NCBI GenBank assembly: GCA_003161555.1
Contig: PMOG01000180.1
Span: 1 to 46,712 of the forward strand
Reading direction: 5' to 3'
DNA from: Vulcanimicrobiota bacterium
Lineage (GTDB): Bacteria > Vulcanimicrobiota > Vulcanimicrobiia > Vulcanimicrobiales > Vulcanimicrobiaceae
Length of the DNA stretch: 46,712 nucleotides
Below, one piece after another: positions 1 to 8,890 of the stretch. The notes beneath the pieces are model-generated. The model was not told the origin of the DNA. It was given only the letters and a program-made list of their open reading frames with translations, and did no database searches. The position numbers and the translations under genes were made by a program. Each line of letters opens with the position of its first letter. Position 1 is the stretch's first letter.

Positions 1-353
1 TTCATGTTGGTCTGCGTGCCGGAACCGGTCTGCCAGACGCGCAGCGGGAAGTGCGCGGCGAGCTTGCCGGCGATCACCTCGTCGGCCGCCTGAGCGATCA
101 GCGCACTCTTCTCTTCGTCGAGCTTTCCCAGGTCGCGATTGACCAGCGCCGCCGCCTTCTTGAGCACCGCCATCGCGCGGATGATCTCGCGCGGCATCAC
201 GTCGCGCGGCGAGAGATCGTCGCCGATGTCGAAGTGGATCAGCGAGCGCGCCGATTGCGCGCCGTAATACTTGTCGGCGGGGACGTCGATCTTCCCCATC
301 GAGTCGGACTCGGTACGGGTGCGCCCGATCGAACCGTTCGTCTGCGTGGCCAT
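1..353 (-). CDS. fumC: Class II fumarate hydratase, N-terminal part (runs off window start)
   Basis: Not in the ORF track; hand translation from ATG at 353 gives [37 protein letters not shown]...[17 protein letters not shown], the FumC signatures. Confidence 0.95.
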   Translation of the reverse strand, partial: MATQTNGSIGRTRTESDSMGKIDVPADKYYGAQSARSLIHFDIGDDLSPRDVMPREIIRAMAVLKKAAALVNRDLGKLDEEKSALIAQAADEVIAGKLAAHFPLRVWQTGSGTQTNM

Positions 354-450
354 GGGATGGGCTTCGGCAGCCCGAGCGGCGGACACTCCGCGAGAAACGT
401 CGCACGGGTACGGGGCTCCCGGTGGGCTAGGCGGACGGGGCGGCAGGTCG

Positions 451-456
451 TATACT
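451..456 (+). promoter_or_regulatory. Possible -10 hexamer (TATACT) for the TPR gene
   Basis: Near-consensus -10 in the fumC/TPR divergent gap; no clear -35. Confidence 0.35.
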
Positions 457-487
457 TAGAGACACGCCCTGCCCAGGAGCGCCGCCC

Positions 488-1699
488 ATGCGTTTGTTGC
501 GCCACCTCGTCGTCGCCGCTGTTCTCGTTGCGAGTATCTCGGGGCCGGCCATCGCGGGCTCGCCGCCGCCCTCCCCGGGGCCGACCACTGCCTCGAGCAG
601 CGACGACGCCCCCAACGCTTCCGGCGTCGCGAATGCTTCCGGCGGCGCCGGGATCATCGACGCGGCTCGGGCCAAGGTCGCGAACGGCGATGCGAAAGGC
701 GCGATCGCCGATCTGGTGCCCTACGTCGCGCAGCATCCGGACGACGTAGCAGCCGGGCGCCTGCTCGGAGACATTTATTTCCGGATCCCGGACTTCGCCA
801 AGGCCGAACGGGTATGGAAGGCGATCATCGCCGTGGCCCACGACGACCGCGAAACGCACAGCCGGCTCGGCTCGCTGTACGCCGCGGAGGATCGCGTGAA
901 CCAAGCGATCGACGAGTTTCAGAAGAGCTTGCCCAGCCGGGGCGGCTACGCCGGACTCATCCTGGCGCACAAGCGAGCCGGTGATTTACCGCAATATCTG
1001 AACACGCTCGAGTACGCGACCGTGAAGACACCCTTCGACGTGATCGCGTGGACGAATCTGGGTCAAGCACGGCGCGCGCTGCACCAATACGAGGCGGCCT
1101 TTCAAGCGTTCAACCACGCGGTCGGCATCATGCCGAACGGCTGTGCGCCGCGCATCGATATCGCCAACGTACTGGTCGACCTGCATCGCGTCGATGCCGC
1201 CATCGACCACCTCAAGGTGTGCTTGGAGCGCGATCCGCATTCGTACCCGGCGACCGTCAATCTTGGCGAAGCGTATCTCGAGAAGAACGACCTTGCCGTT
1301 GCGCGTCCGTATCTGGACCGCGCCCTGACGATGCGCCCCGAAGGTACCGAAGCACTGGTCGACATCGGCTACATTTACGATCTGCAGGGCGACTGGAAGA
1401 CGGCGGTCAGCTACTACAATCGCGCCATTCGTTCCGACCCGCTGCGGCCCGAGGCCTACATCGATCTGGGCTACGACTACAACGAGCACCGCTTCTTCCC
1501 GCTCGCCGAAGCCGCGTTCCTCAAGGGCATCAGCGTTGCGTCCGACGACGGGCGGCTTCACTACCTGCTGGCCGTGACGTACAACCTGCAGGGCAAGATC
1601 GAACTTGCCCGCGGCGAGTACCATCAAGCGCTGGCGACCGGCGAACCCGACGTAGCCCGCGCGGCCCGCGCCGAACTAGCGCTCTTACCGCCTGCCTAA
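488..1699 (+). CDS. Exported tetratricopeptide-repeat protein
   Basis: Signal peptide, P/S-rich linker, then about 8-9 TPR-like repeats (e.g. AWTNLGQARRALHQYEAAFQAFNHAV, AYIDLGYDYNE). Confidence 0.85.
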   Translation: MRLLRHLVVAAVLVASISGPAIAGSPPPSPGPTTASSSDDAPNASGVANASGGAGIIDAARAKVANGDAKGAIADLVPYVAQHPDDVAAGRLLGDIYFRIPDFAKAERVWKAIIAVAHDDRETHSRLGSLYAAEDRVNQAIDEFQKSLPSRGGYAGLILAHKRAGDLPQYLNTLEYATVKTPFDVIAWTNLGQARRALHQYEAAFQAFNHAVGIMPNGCAPRIDIANVLVDLHRVDAAIDHLKVCLERDPHSYPATVNLGEAYLEKNDLAVARPYLDRALTMRPEGTEALVDIGYIYDLQGDWKTAVSYYNRAIRSDPLRPEAYIDLGYDYNEHRFFPLAEAAFLKGISVASDDGRLHYLLAVTYNLQGKIELARGEYHQALATGEPDVARAARAELALLPPA

Positions 1700-1700
1700 A

Positions 1701-2111
1701 CTAGCGCCGTAGCGCGATCGATTCGATCTCGACCCGCGCGCCTCGCGGCAGCGCGGCCACCGCGACGGTCGTGCGCGCCGGCGGCGGCACCCCGGCAAAT
1801 GACTCCGCGTAGACCTCATTGACGGCGCGAAAATCGCTCATATCGATCAGGAAGATCGTGGTCTTCACGATATCGGCGAAGGCAAGCCCGGCCGCGGCCA
1901 GGACGCTGCCGAGATTCTTCATCGCCGCGCGCGTCTGCCCGGCGGCGTCGTCGCCGCTGAGCGCGCCGCTGGCGGGATCGACGCCGAGCACGCCCGATGT
2001 GAAGACGAACGGACCTGCCGCGACGGCTTGACTGTAGGGTCCGATCGGGGCCGGCGCGGAGGCGGTCTGAATCGTTTCGCGGGGACGGTGTGCGAGCGGC
2101 TCGCCGTTCAT
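1701..2111 (-). CDS. ridA: RidA/YjgF/UK114 reactive-intermediate deaminase
   Basis: APAPIGPYSQA, FTSG, F..VNEVY, PARTTVAVAALPRGARVEIE; ATG at 2111 with GAGGAG RBS. Confidence 0.92.
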   Translation of the reverse strand: MNGEPLAHRPRETIQTASAPAPIGPYSQAVAAGPFVFTSGVLGVDPASGALSGDDAAGQTRAAMKNLGSVLAAAGLAFADIVKTTIFLIDMSDFRAVNEVYAESFAGVPPPARTTVAVAALPRGARVEIESIALRR

Positions 2112-2218
2112 ACAGGCTCCTCGAGAGCAAGGACGACGTCGCCTTCGCGAGCCGGAACCGCGGCCCCGCCCCCGTCCGGCGGGTGCGAGCGCCCCGGCCG
2201 CCCAAAATCGCGCGTATC

Positions 2219-3661
2219 GTGCACCCGTTTCCCGGCGACGTGGTCGCGCCCGGCGACGCATCGGCCCCGTTCGCGCGCGTCGGCGACTGGATCGAGGCCT
2301 ACTTTCGCGATCCCCGGCGCTATCCGGTGCTCTCACGCGCGAAGCCGGGCGATCTGGTCGCGGCACTGCCCTCACAGGCACCGCAAGAGGGCGAGCCGTT
2401 CGAACGGATCTTCGGCGACTTCGAACGGCTGGTGATCCCGGGCATCACGCACTGGAATCATCCGCGCTTTTTCGCGTACTTCGCGATCAGCTCGGCGCAG
2501 GTCGCCGTGCTCGCCGAAGCGCTGGCCGCGGCGCTCGACGTCAACGCGATGCTCTGGCGCACCTCGCCGGCCGCGACCGAACTCGAAGACGTTACCCTGA
2601 ACTGGCTGCGGCAGATGCTCGGGCTGCCGGACGCTTTCCACGGTATCGTGTACGACACGGCCTCGATCGGCGGCTTCACCGCGCTGGCGGCGGCGCGCGA
2701 GTCGCTGGATCTCGACATCCGCACGCGCGGGATGGCCGGTCGCAGCGATCTGCCGGCGCTGCGCGTGTACGTCACCGAACACACCCACTCGCATATCGAG
2801 AAGGGCGCGATCGCGCTCGGGATCGGGCGCGAGAACGTTGTGAAGATCCCGGTCGACGAAGGCTTCGCGATGATCCCCGCCGCGCTGGCGGCGGCGATCG
2901 ATCACGATCGGGCGGCGGGCCGGCGTCCGATGTGCGCGGTCGCCACCGTCGGGACAACCTCGACGACCTCCAGCGATCCGGTCGCCGAAATCCGGGCGCT
3001 GACCCGCGAGCGCGGCGTGTGGCTGCATGTGGACGCCGCGTATGGCGGACCGGCCGCGATCCTGCCCGAGTTTCGCTGGCTGCTCGACGGTGCGCACGAG
3101 GCCGATTCGCTGGTCGTCAACCCGCACAAGTGGATGTTCGTGCCGATCGACTTGAGCGTGCTGTACGTGCGCGACCTCGAGCTGCTGCGGCGCACCTTCG
3201 CCCTGGTCTCGGACGTCCTGATCACGCCCGAGTCCGACGTTCGCAATTACATGGACTACGGTCTTCAGCTCGGACGCCGCTTTCGGGCGCTCAAACTGTG
3301 GTTCGTCCTGCGGACGTACGGCGTGAGCGGGTTGCAGGAGCGTTTGCGGCGGCACATTGCGCTCGCGCAGGAACTCGCCGGCTGGATCGCCGCCGAGCCG
3401 GGTTGGGAAATCGCCGCGCCGCACCCGCTCTCGGTCGTCTGTTTTCGTCACCTTCCGCCCGGTGCGCCCGATCCGGCGGCGGTCGACGCGCACAACCTCG
3501 CGGTCATGGATGCCGTCAATGCCGGCGGCGAGGTGTTCTTGTCGTCGACCCGCCTCTATGGACGCGTGGTGCTGCGGATCGCCATCGGCAACGAGCGCAC
3601 CACCCGCGACGACGTCGCGCTGGCGTGGGAGCTGCTGCGCCGCGAGTCGCGAGCGCGCTGA
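2219..3661 (+). CDS. PLP-dependent group II decarboxylase, aromatic-L-amino-acid (DOPA/Trp/Tyr) decarboxylase-like
   Basis: PGITHWNHPRFFAYF, SPAATELE, HVDAAYGG, NPHKW (PLP Lys), LGRRFRALKLWF; GTG 2219 gives about 480 aa (start uncertain). Confidence 0.9.
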   Translation: MHPFPGDVVAPGDASAPFARVGDWIEAYFRDPRRYPVLSRAKPGDLVAALPSQAPQEGEPFERIFGDFERLVIPGITHWNHPRFFAYFAISSAQVAVLAEALAAALDVNAMLWRTSPAATELEDVTLNWLRQMLGLPDAFHGIVYDTASIGGFTALAAARESLDLDIRTRGMAGRSDLPALRVYVTEHTHSHIEKGAIALGIGRENVVKIPVDEGFAMIPAALAAAIDHDRAAGRRPMCAVATVGTTSTTSSDPVAEIRALTRERGVWLHVDAAYGGPAAILPEFRWLLDGAHEADSLVVNPHKWMFVPIDLSVLYVRDLELLRRTFALVSDVLITPESDVRNYMDYGLQLGRRFRALKLWFVLRTYGVSGLQERLRRHIALAQELAGWIAAEPGWEIAAPHPLSVVCFRHLPPGAPDPAAVDAHNLAVMDAVNAGGEVFLSSTRLYGRVVLRIAIGNERTTRDDVALAWELLRRESRAR

Positions 3662-4111
3662 ATGCCGGCCGTACGCCGGGCGACGCTGGCCGACTCCGCG
3701 GCGGCGTGGACCCTTGTCGATGAGTATTGCCGCGACTTCGGGATCGTGATTCCGGACGACGAGGTGTCCTTTCGCGGCTACCTCGCCGGGTCGGGCGCAC
3801 TGTGGCTCGCCGACGAGCGCGACGACGTCATGGGCTGCGTGGGTTTGCGCCCGCTGCCGAACGTCGGTCCCGACGCCGGCGAGGTGAAGCGCTTGTACGT
3901 GCGCCCGTCGCATCGGCGCAAAGGTATCGCAGGCGCGCTGATGGACGCGCTCGAGACCGCGGCGCGCGAGAGCGGGTACCGGGCGCTCTATCTCGACACG
4001 AAAGACGATATGCCGACCGCGATCCGGTTCTACGAGAGTCGCGGCTACGAACGTATTCCCCGCTACAACGACAACCCGCAAGCGACGATCTTCATGCGGA
4101 GGCTGCTGTGA
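3662..4111 (+). CDS. GNAT family N-acetyltransferase
   Basis: GCVGLR, EVKRLYVRPSHRRKGIA (acetyl-CoA loop), AIRFYESRGY; abuts the decarboxylase stop. Confidence 0.9.
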   Translation: MPAVRRATLADSAAAWTLVDEYCRDFGIVIPDDEVSFRGYLAGSGALWLADERDDVMGCVGLRPLPNVGPDAGEVKRLYVRPSHRRKGIAGALMDALETAARESGYRALYLDTKDDMPTAIRFYESRGYERIPRYNDNPQATIFMRRLL

Positions 4112-4482
4112 TCTTCGACCATATCGACCTGCGGGTGACCGACATCGAGCGGGTGCAGAAATTCTACGACGCGTTCCTGCGGCCATTCGGCTTTCGCGGC
4201 CGCCCGCAAGAGGACGGTACGCTGCTCTATTTCCGGCTCGAAAACCGGCACGTCCGCGAGGCGATTGCGGTCATCGGCGACGCACGCCACCGGCCGAACG
4301 CGACTCGCCTGGCGTTGCGCGCCGCGAGCCGTGACGACGTCGATCGCATCGCGGCGATCGCCGCCGCCGCCGGCGCGGGGAACTACGAAGCGCCGGCGCT
4401 GTGCGACGAAATCGCCGAAAACTACTATGCATCGTTCTTCGAAGACCCCGACGGCAACCGCCTCGAAGTCGTCTGCCGCTAA
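4108..4482 (+). CDS. VOC/glyoxalase family protein
   Basis: GTGA overlap with the GNAT stop; FDHIDLRVTDI...FYDAFL and YYASFFEDPDGNRLEVV. Confidence 0.88.
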   Translation: MIFDHIDLRVTDIERVQKFYDAFLRPFGFRGRPQEDGTLLYFRLENRHVREAIAVIGDARHRPNATRLALRAASRDDVDRIAAIAAAAGAGNYEAPALCDEIAENYYASFFEDPDGNRLEVVCR

Positions 4483-4498
4483 GTCCTGATCTGCCCGG

Positions 4499-5812
4499 TC
4501 AGAAGACGCGCAGGTACTCGGCGCGTTCCCATGGGTGGACGGCGCGGCGGTAGCGTTCGTACTCGGCCAGCTTGGCGTCGCGGAACGCGTGATAGATATG
4601 ATCGCCCAGCGCGCCGCGAATCACCAGATCTTCGTCGAGTGCCGAGATCGCCTGACGCAGCGAGCGCGGCAGCATCTTGATCGCGTGTTCGGTGCGGAAA
4701 CGTTCCGGCAGTTCGTAGGTCGAACCGGTGAACGGGTCGCCGGGCAGGCTGCGCGCGCGGATGCCGTCGGCGAGCGCTTCGACAAGGACGGCCAGCGCCA
4801 GGTAGGGATTGCAGGAAGCATCGGGGCTGCGCACTTCGATCAGCGGCGGCTCGTTGCCGAAGGCCGGCGGAACCCGCACCAGCGCGTTGGCACTGCGATG
4901 CGACCACACCGTATACACGGGAGCATCCCAGGCCGCGACCAGACGCTTGTACGAATTCACGGTCGGGTTGCAGACGGCGGTGAAACCCGGCGCGTGATCG
5001 AGCAGTCCGGCGATGGCGTGCAGCCGTACGGCTTCGTCGAGGTCGCCGAGCGCGAAGTAGATGTGCAGGCCACTGCCGGCCGATTCTTCCAGCGGCTTGG
5101 GCATGAAGGTCGCATGCAGGCCGTGGCGCTGGGCGATCCGGCGCACGACGCCGCGGACGGTCAGCAGGCGATCGGCCACGGTCAGCACGCCGGCGGCCGA
5201 GAGATCCAATTCGTGCTGTCCGGCGCCGTGCTCGTGGTGCGCGCTCGAAATGGGGATCCCCATCGCTTCGAGCGCGATCGACGTCGCCAGCCGCGCTTCC
5301 TGACCGCGGTCGCTGGCGGAAAAATCGAAGTACGAGCCGGCGTCGGCGGTGCGCGTCGTCGGCGAACCGTCGGGATCGAGGTCGAAGAGGTAGAACTCGA
5401 CCTCGAGCGCCGCTTGCGTGGCCTGCAGCACGTCGCCCGCGTCCTCGAGGACGCGTTTGAGCGTCGTGCGGGCGCAGCCCTCGAACGGTGTCCCGTCGGG
5501 CATCTGGATGTCGCACAGGATCCGCGCCTCGACTTGTCCGTCTTCGGTCCACGGCAGGACGATGAACGTCGCCGGGTCGGGACTGAGCACCATGTCGACT
5601 TCTTCGCCGCGGACGAACCCGTCGATCGAACCGCCGTCGAAGGTGACCTTTCCGTTGAAGGCGTCGTCGAGTTCGTTGACCGGAATTGAGACGCTCTTCT
5701 GGATGCCGAGCACGTCGACGAAGGCCAGGCGCACCCAACGCACGCCGCGCTCCTTGGCGATCGCGATCACGGAACGTCGGGCGGCGGCGGCGTCTTTCAC
5801 CGTCGTCAGCAC
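4499..5812 (-). CDS. Type I glutamine synthetase-family protein with several substituted active-site residues
   Basis: FDGGSIDGFVR, EVEFYLF, HHE..GQHE, FMPKP, GSGLH, NSYKRL, EVRSPD...NPYLA; WDAP in place of YEAP and no NRS motif. Confidence 0.88.
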   Translation of the reverse strand: MLTTVKDAAAARRSVIAIAKERGVRWVRLAFVDVLGIQKSVSIPVNELDDAFNGKVTFDGGSIDGFVRGEEVDMVLSPDPATFIVLPWTEDGQVEARILCDIQMPDGTPFEGCARTTLKRVLEDAGDVLQATQAALEVEFYLFDLDPDGSPTTRTADAGSYFDFSASDRGQEARLATSIALEAMGIPISSAHHEHGAGQHELDLSAAGVLTVADRLLTVRGVVRRIAQRHGLHATFMPKPLEESAGSGLHIYFALGDLDEAVRLHAIAGLLDHAPGFTAVCNPTVNSYKRLVAAWDAPVYTVWSHRSANALVRVPPAFGNEPPLIEVRSPDASCNPYLALAVLVEALADGIRARSLPGDPFTGSTYELPERFRTEHAIKMLPRSLRQAISALDEDLVIRGALGDHIYHAFRDAKLAEYERYRRAVHPWERAEYLRVF

Positions 5813-5846
5813 GCCCGGCGGCCCGGCGATTCGGTCACGCGAACGA

Positions 5847-7079
5847 TCATGCGTCGAGGGCGTCGACGGCCAAGGCCGCGCGTACGGTCAGCTGATCGTG
5901 CGGGGAATCCAGATCGAGGCGCCCGATCTCGCCGATCTGCCGCAGCCGGTAGAACACCGTGTGCCGATGCACGTTCAGACGTGCCGCGGCTTCCTTGATG
6001 TTTTGCCCGACGTCGAAGAAAAGCTTGAGCGTGCGCACGAGTTCAGTCTGATGTTTGTCGTCGTACGCGCGCAGCGGATCGAGCACGCGGGTTGCGAACA
6101 TGCGCCAGTCCTCGCGGGTCGCGCCGGTGCGGTGCAGCAGCGGGTAGACGCCCAAGTCGTCGTACGGCATCACGCGCCCGCCGCCGAACATCCGCCGGGC
6201 GATGGTCATCGCTTCACGCGCTTCGTCGACGCTCTGCGCGACCGAGATCATCTCGGCGTGCCGGCCCACGCCGCCGACAACCTTGACGTCGAGGCCGGCA
6301 CGTCCGATCCCGCGCGGGATCAGCGTGGCAGCCGTGCGCGCGTTGGCCGCATCGACTTCGAGCGGGGCCGGCACCAGGAAGAAGAAACCGCCGCCGCGTT
6401 CGATCACGACGACGTCACCCGTGCGCGTGCCGAGCGTGTCCAAACAGACGCGACGGATCTCGGCGTTGCGCTGCGCCGCCACCGCTTCGTCGAGTCCCTC
6501 GCCCTCGACGGCGACCGCGACGTATCCCAGCGCCAGCGAAATTCCGCGCGCCTGCGCATCTTCACGCGCCTCGAGCGGATCCTCGTATGCGCGGGCCAGG
6601 AGCCGGTCCCAGAACCCGCGCCGGCGGCCGCGGCCGGCCCCGGCGTCGCGGGAAAGTTCGACCGCGATCTGTGCGGCTGTGAGCCGGATGAGCCCGGCAT
6701 GCTCGTCGATCGGGCGTGCGCCCGACGGGAACACCGCGATCCAGCCGAGGCGCGTCTCGCCGGCGCGAACCGGAAACGCGCGCGCCCGGGGGTCGGCCGG
6801 CGGCGTCAGCGCGACGCCGTCTTCGACGTCGCCCTGATGTGCGATCAGGTCGCGCACCGATGCCGGGATCGCACGCTCGCCCGTCCCGGCGACGGCGAGA
6901 TGCCGCCACTGCGCGTCTTCGACCAGCACGGTCGCGTCGATCGTGGCAGCCAGATGCGATGCCAGCGCTTGGGGACCGCCGCCGCCGGCGGCGATTCGGG
7001 CGAGGCCTTCGGCGTAGGCGAGGAGCGTCTCAGGGCCGTCGCGGCGAATGCGCCGCGCCGGCACAACCTTCTCGTGCAC
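5847..7079 (-). CDS. PucR/CdaR-family transcriptional regulator
   Basis: C-terminal HTH: L..YD....TELVRTLKLFF...N...AA.RLNVHRHTVFYRL..I; GAF-like N-terminal region. Confidence 0.9.
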   Translation of the reverse strand: MHEKVVPARRIRRDGPETLLAYAEGLARIAAGGGGPQALASHLAATIDATVLVEDAQWRHLAVAGTGERAIPASVRDLIAHQGDVEDGVALTPPADPRARAFPVRAGETRLGWIAVFPSGARPIDEHAGLIRLTAAQIAVELSRDAGAGRGRRRGFWDRLLARAYEDPLEAREDAQARGISLALGYVAVAVEGEGLDEAVAAQRNAEIRRVCLDTLGTRTGDVVVIERGGGFFFLVPAPLEVDAANARTAATLIPRGIGRAGLDVKVVGGVGRHAEMISVAQSVDEAREAMTIARRMFGGGRVMPYDDLGVYPLLHRTGATREDWRMFATRVLDPLRAYDDKHQTELVRTLKLFFDVGQNIKEAAARLNVHRHTVFYRLRQIGEIGRLDLDSPHDQLTVRAALAVDALDA

Positions 7080-7138
7080 GTCGGGCCTGTTCCGTGCCTG
7101 CGACGGAGCGGCCTCCGCCTGCGGCGAACGCCGCCGCC

Positions 7139-7468
7139 ATGCAGTTGCTGACGGTCCACCTCGTCGTCGCGTTCGTCGTCGCCGCGCTTGCGGTCGTCGG
7201 GGTGTGGCGCCGGCCCGAACGGCGCATCACGCTCTACGTCGTGACGCTGCAGATTCTCTTGGGTCTGGTCCTGCTCACGCAGCAGCTGCGCGCGCCCTCC
7301 AGCCATTACGCACTGGCCCTGCTGGGCTGGGCCGGTTACATGGTCGCCAACGCGCTGGCGAAGCGACCGGGGAAAGCCGACACGGCACGGGTCGTGGCCG
7401 GCATCTCCTCCCTGTTGATCCTGGGTGCATATTACATCGGCATGCACGCCGTCAAGAGCGGAACGTAA
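7139..7468 (+). CDS. Small integral membrane protein (about 4 TM), unknown function
   Basis: 109 aa from ATG 7139 with four hydrophobic segments. Confidence 0.7.
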   Translation: MQLLTVHLVVAFVVAALAVVGVWRRPERRITLYVVTLQILLGLVLLTQQLRAPSSHYALALLGWAGYMVANALAKRPGKADTARVVAGISSLLILGAYYIGMHAVKSGT

Positions 7469-7522
7469 CGGGCGCCGCCTGCGGCGGCCGGCGTCGACCG
7501 ACCGAGACCGTTGCGGGACGGA

Positions 7523-8854
7523 TTACGGCCCCGAACTCCCCCCAACGATGAGCTGGACTGTCGAAATGAAGGTCAGGCCTCCGACGATAACGACGGTCGC
7601 CCAGGCGATGACGTTGAACGCGAGGTTGTTCGTGTACTTCCCCATGATCCGCTTGTTGTTCACGAGCAAGAGCATCAGAACCAGGACGAGCGGCAGCAGC
7701 ACGCCGTTGAGTACTTGGGAATAGAAGATGATCACGTTCTGCAGGGCGTCGCTCGCGACCAGCACGATCCCCCCGCCGATCACGATGAGGGCCGCGTAAA
7801 AACTATAAAACACCGGCGCCTGACTGAATCGGTTTTCGACGCCCGACTGGAAACCGAACGCTTCGCAGACATAGTAGGCCGTTGAGAGCGGAAGGATCGA
7901 CGCGGTGAAGATGGCCGCATTCAGCAAACCGAATGCGAACAGGAGCGAGGCATACTTTCCGGCCAACGGCGCCAACGCCGTGGCCACGTCGCCGGCGGTA
8001 CTGACGCTCAGGGGTCTCCCGCCCGGCGCCAGATGAGCGTTGTGCGCGTAGATCGTCGCACCGCATGCAACGACGATGAAGAAGGCGATGACGTCGGTGA
8101 TGACGGCACCCGTGATCACGTCGATCCGGGAGTACGGGTACTCCTTGATGCGGATACCCTTTTCCACGACCGAGGACTGAATGTAAAACTGCATCCAGGG
8201 TGAGATTGTCGTCCCGATGACGCCGATAGCAGTGAGAATGTAGGCCTGGGTCGGCACGAAATGCGGCAGAATCGTCTGAAGAAGAATCTCATGCCACGGC
8301 GGATGCACCAAGAAGCCGCTCGCGACGTAGGCGAGATAGACGACGCAGAAAGCAAAAAAGACCTTTTCGACAATGCGGTAATTTCCGCGCGTCACCATCG
8401 TGAAAACGAAGACGGCTGCCAGCGGGACGAGCACGAACTTGTTCAAGAACGGCAAGTACTGGGCAAAAATGGGCGATGCGAAAGCGATGCCGGCAAACTC
8501 GGCGGCGGTGTTGCCAAGATCGGAGAGGACGAACAGCAGCAGGACGATTGCGGTGACTCGCACACCGAAGTTCTCACGAATCAGGTCGGCGAGACCCTTG
8601 CCGGTGACGGCGCCCATGCGCGCGCACATTTCCTGCGTGACGATCAGCGCTACCGTGACCGGGATCAGGAGCCACAGCATCGAGTATCCGAACTGAGCGC
8701 CCGCGATCGAGTAGGTCTGAATTCCGCCGACGTCGTTATCGGCGTTGGCGGTTATTATTCCGGGACCGATGACCGAGAAAAACATGAGCAACTGACGCCA
8801 AAGCTTTGGACGCCGCGCCGCCACGGAGCGCTTCTCGCGTTCAGGTTTCTGCAC
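7523..8854 (-). CDS. Nramp-family divalent cation transporter, Mg2+-transporting (NrmT-like) clade
   Basis: GPGIITANADNDVGG in TM1 (not DPGN), GTTISPW in TM6 (not MPH), QEMCARMGAVTGKGL, about 11 TMs; lies under an M-box. Confidence 0.88.
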   Translation of the reverse strand: MQKPEREKRSVAARRPKLWRQLLMFFSVIGPGIITANADNDVGGIQTYSIAGAQFGYSMLWLLIPVTVALIVTQEMCARMGAVTGKGLADLIRENFGVRVTAIVLLLFVLSDLGNTAAEFAGIAFASPIFAQYLPFLNKFVLVPLAAVFVFTMVTRGNYRIVEKVFFAFCVVYLAYVASGFLVHPPWHEILLQTILPHFVPTQAYILTAIGVIGTTISPWMQFYIQSSVVEKGIRIKEYPYSRIDVITGAVITDVIAFFIVVACGATIYAHNAHLAPGGRPLSVSTAGDVATALAPLAGKYASLLFAFGLLNAAIFTASILPLSTAYYVCEAFGFQSGVENRFSQAPVFYSFYAALIVIGGGIVLVASDALQNVIIFYSQVLNGVLLPLVLVLMLLLVNNKRIMGKYTNNLAFNVIAWATVVIVGGLTFISTVQLIVGGSSGP

Positions 8855-8890
8855 GTTGGTTCATCCACCCACGCCCGCGCATGTCGCCGG

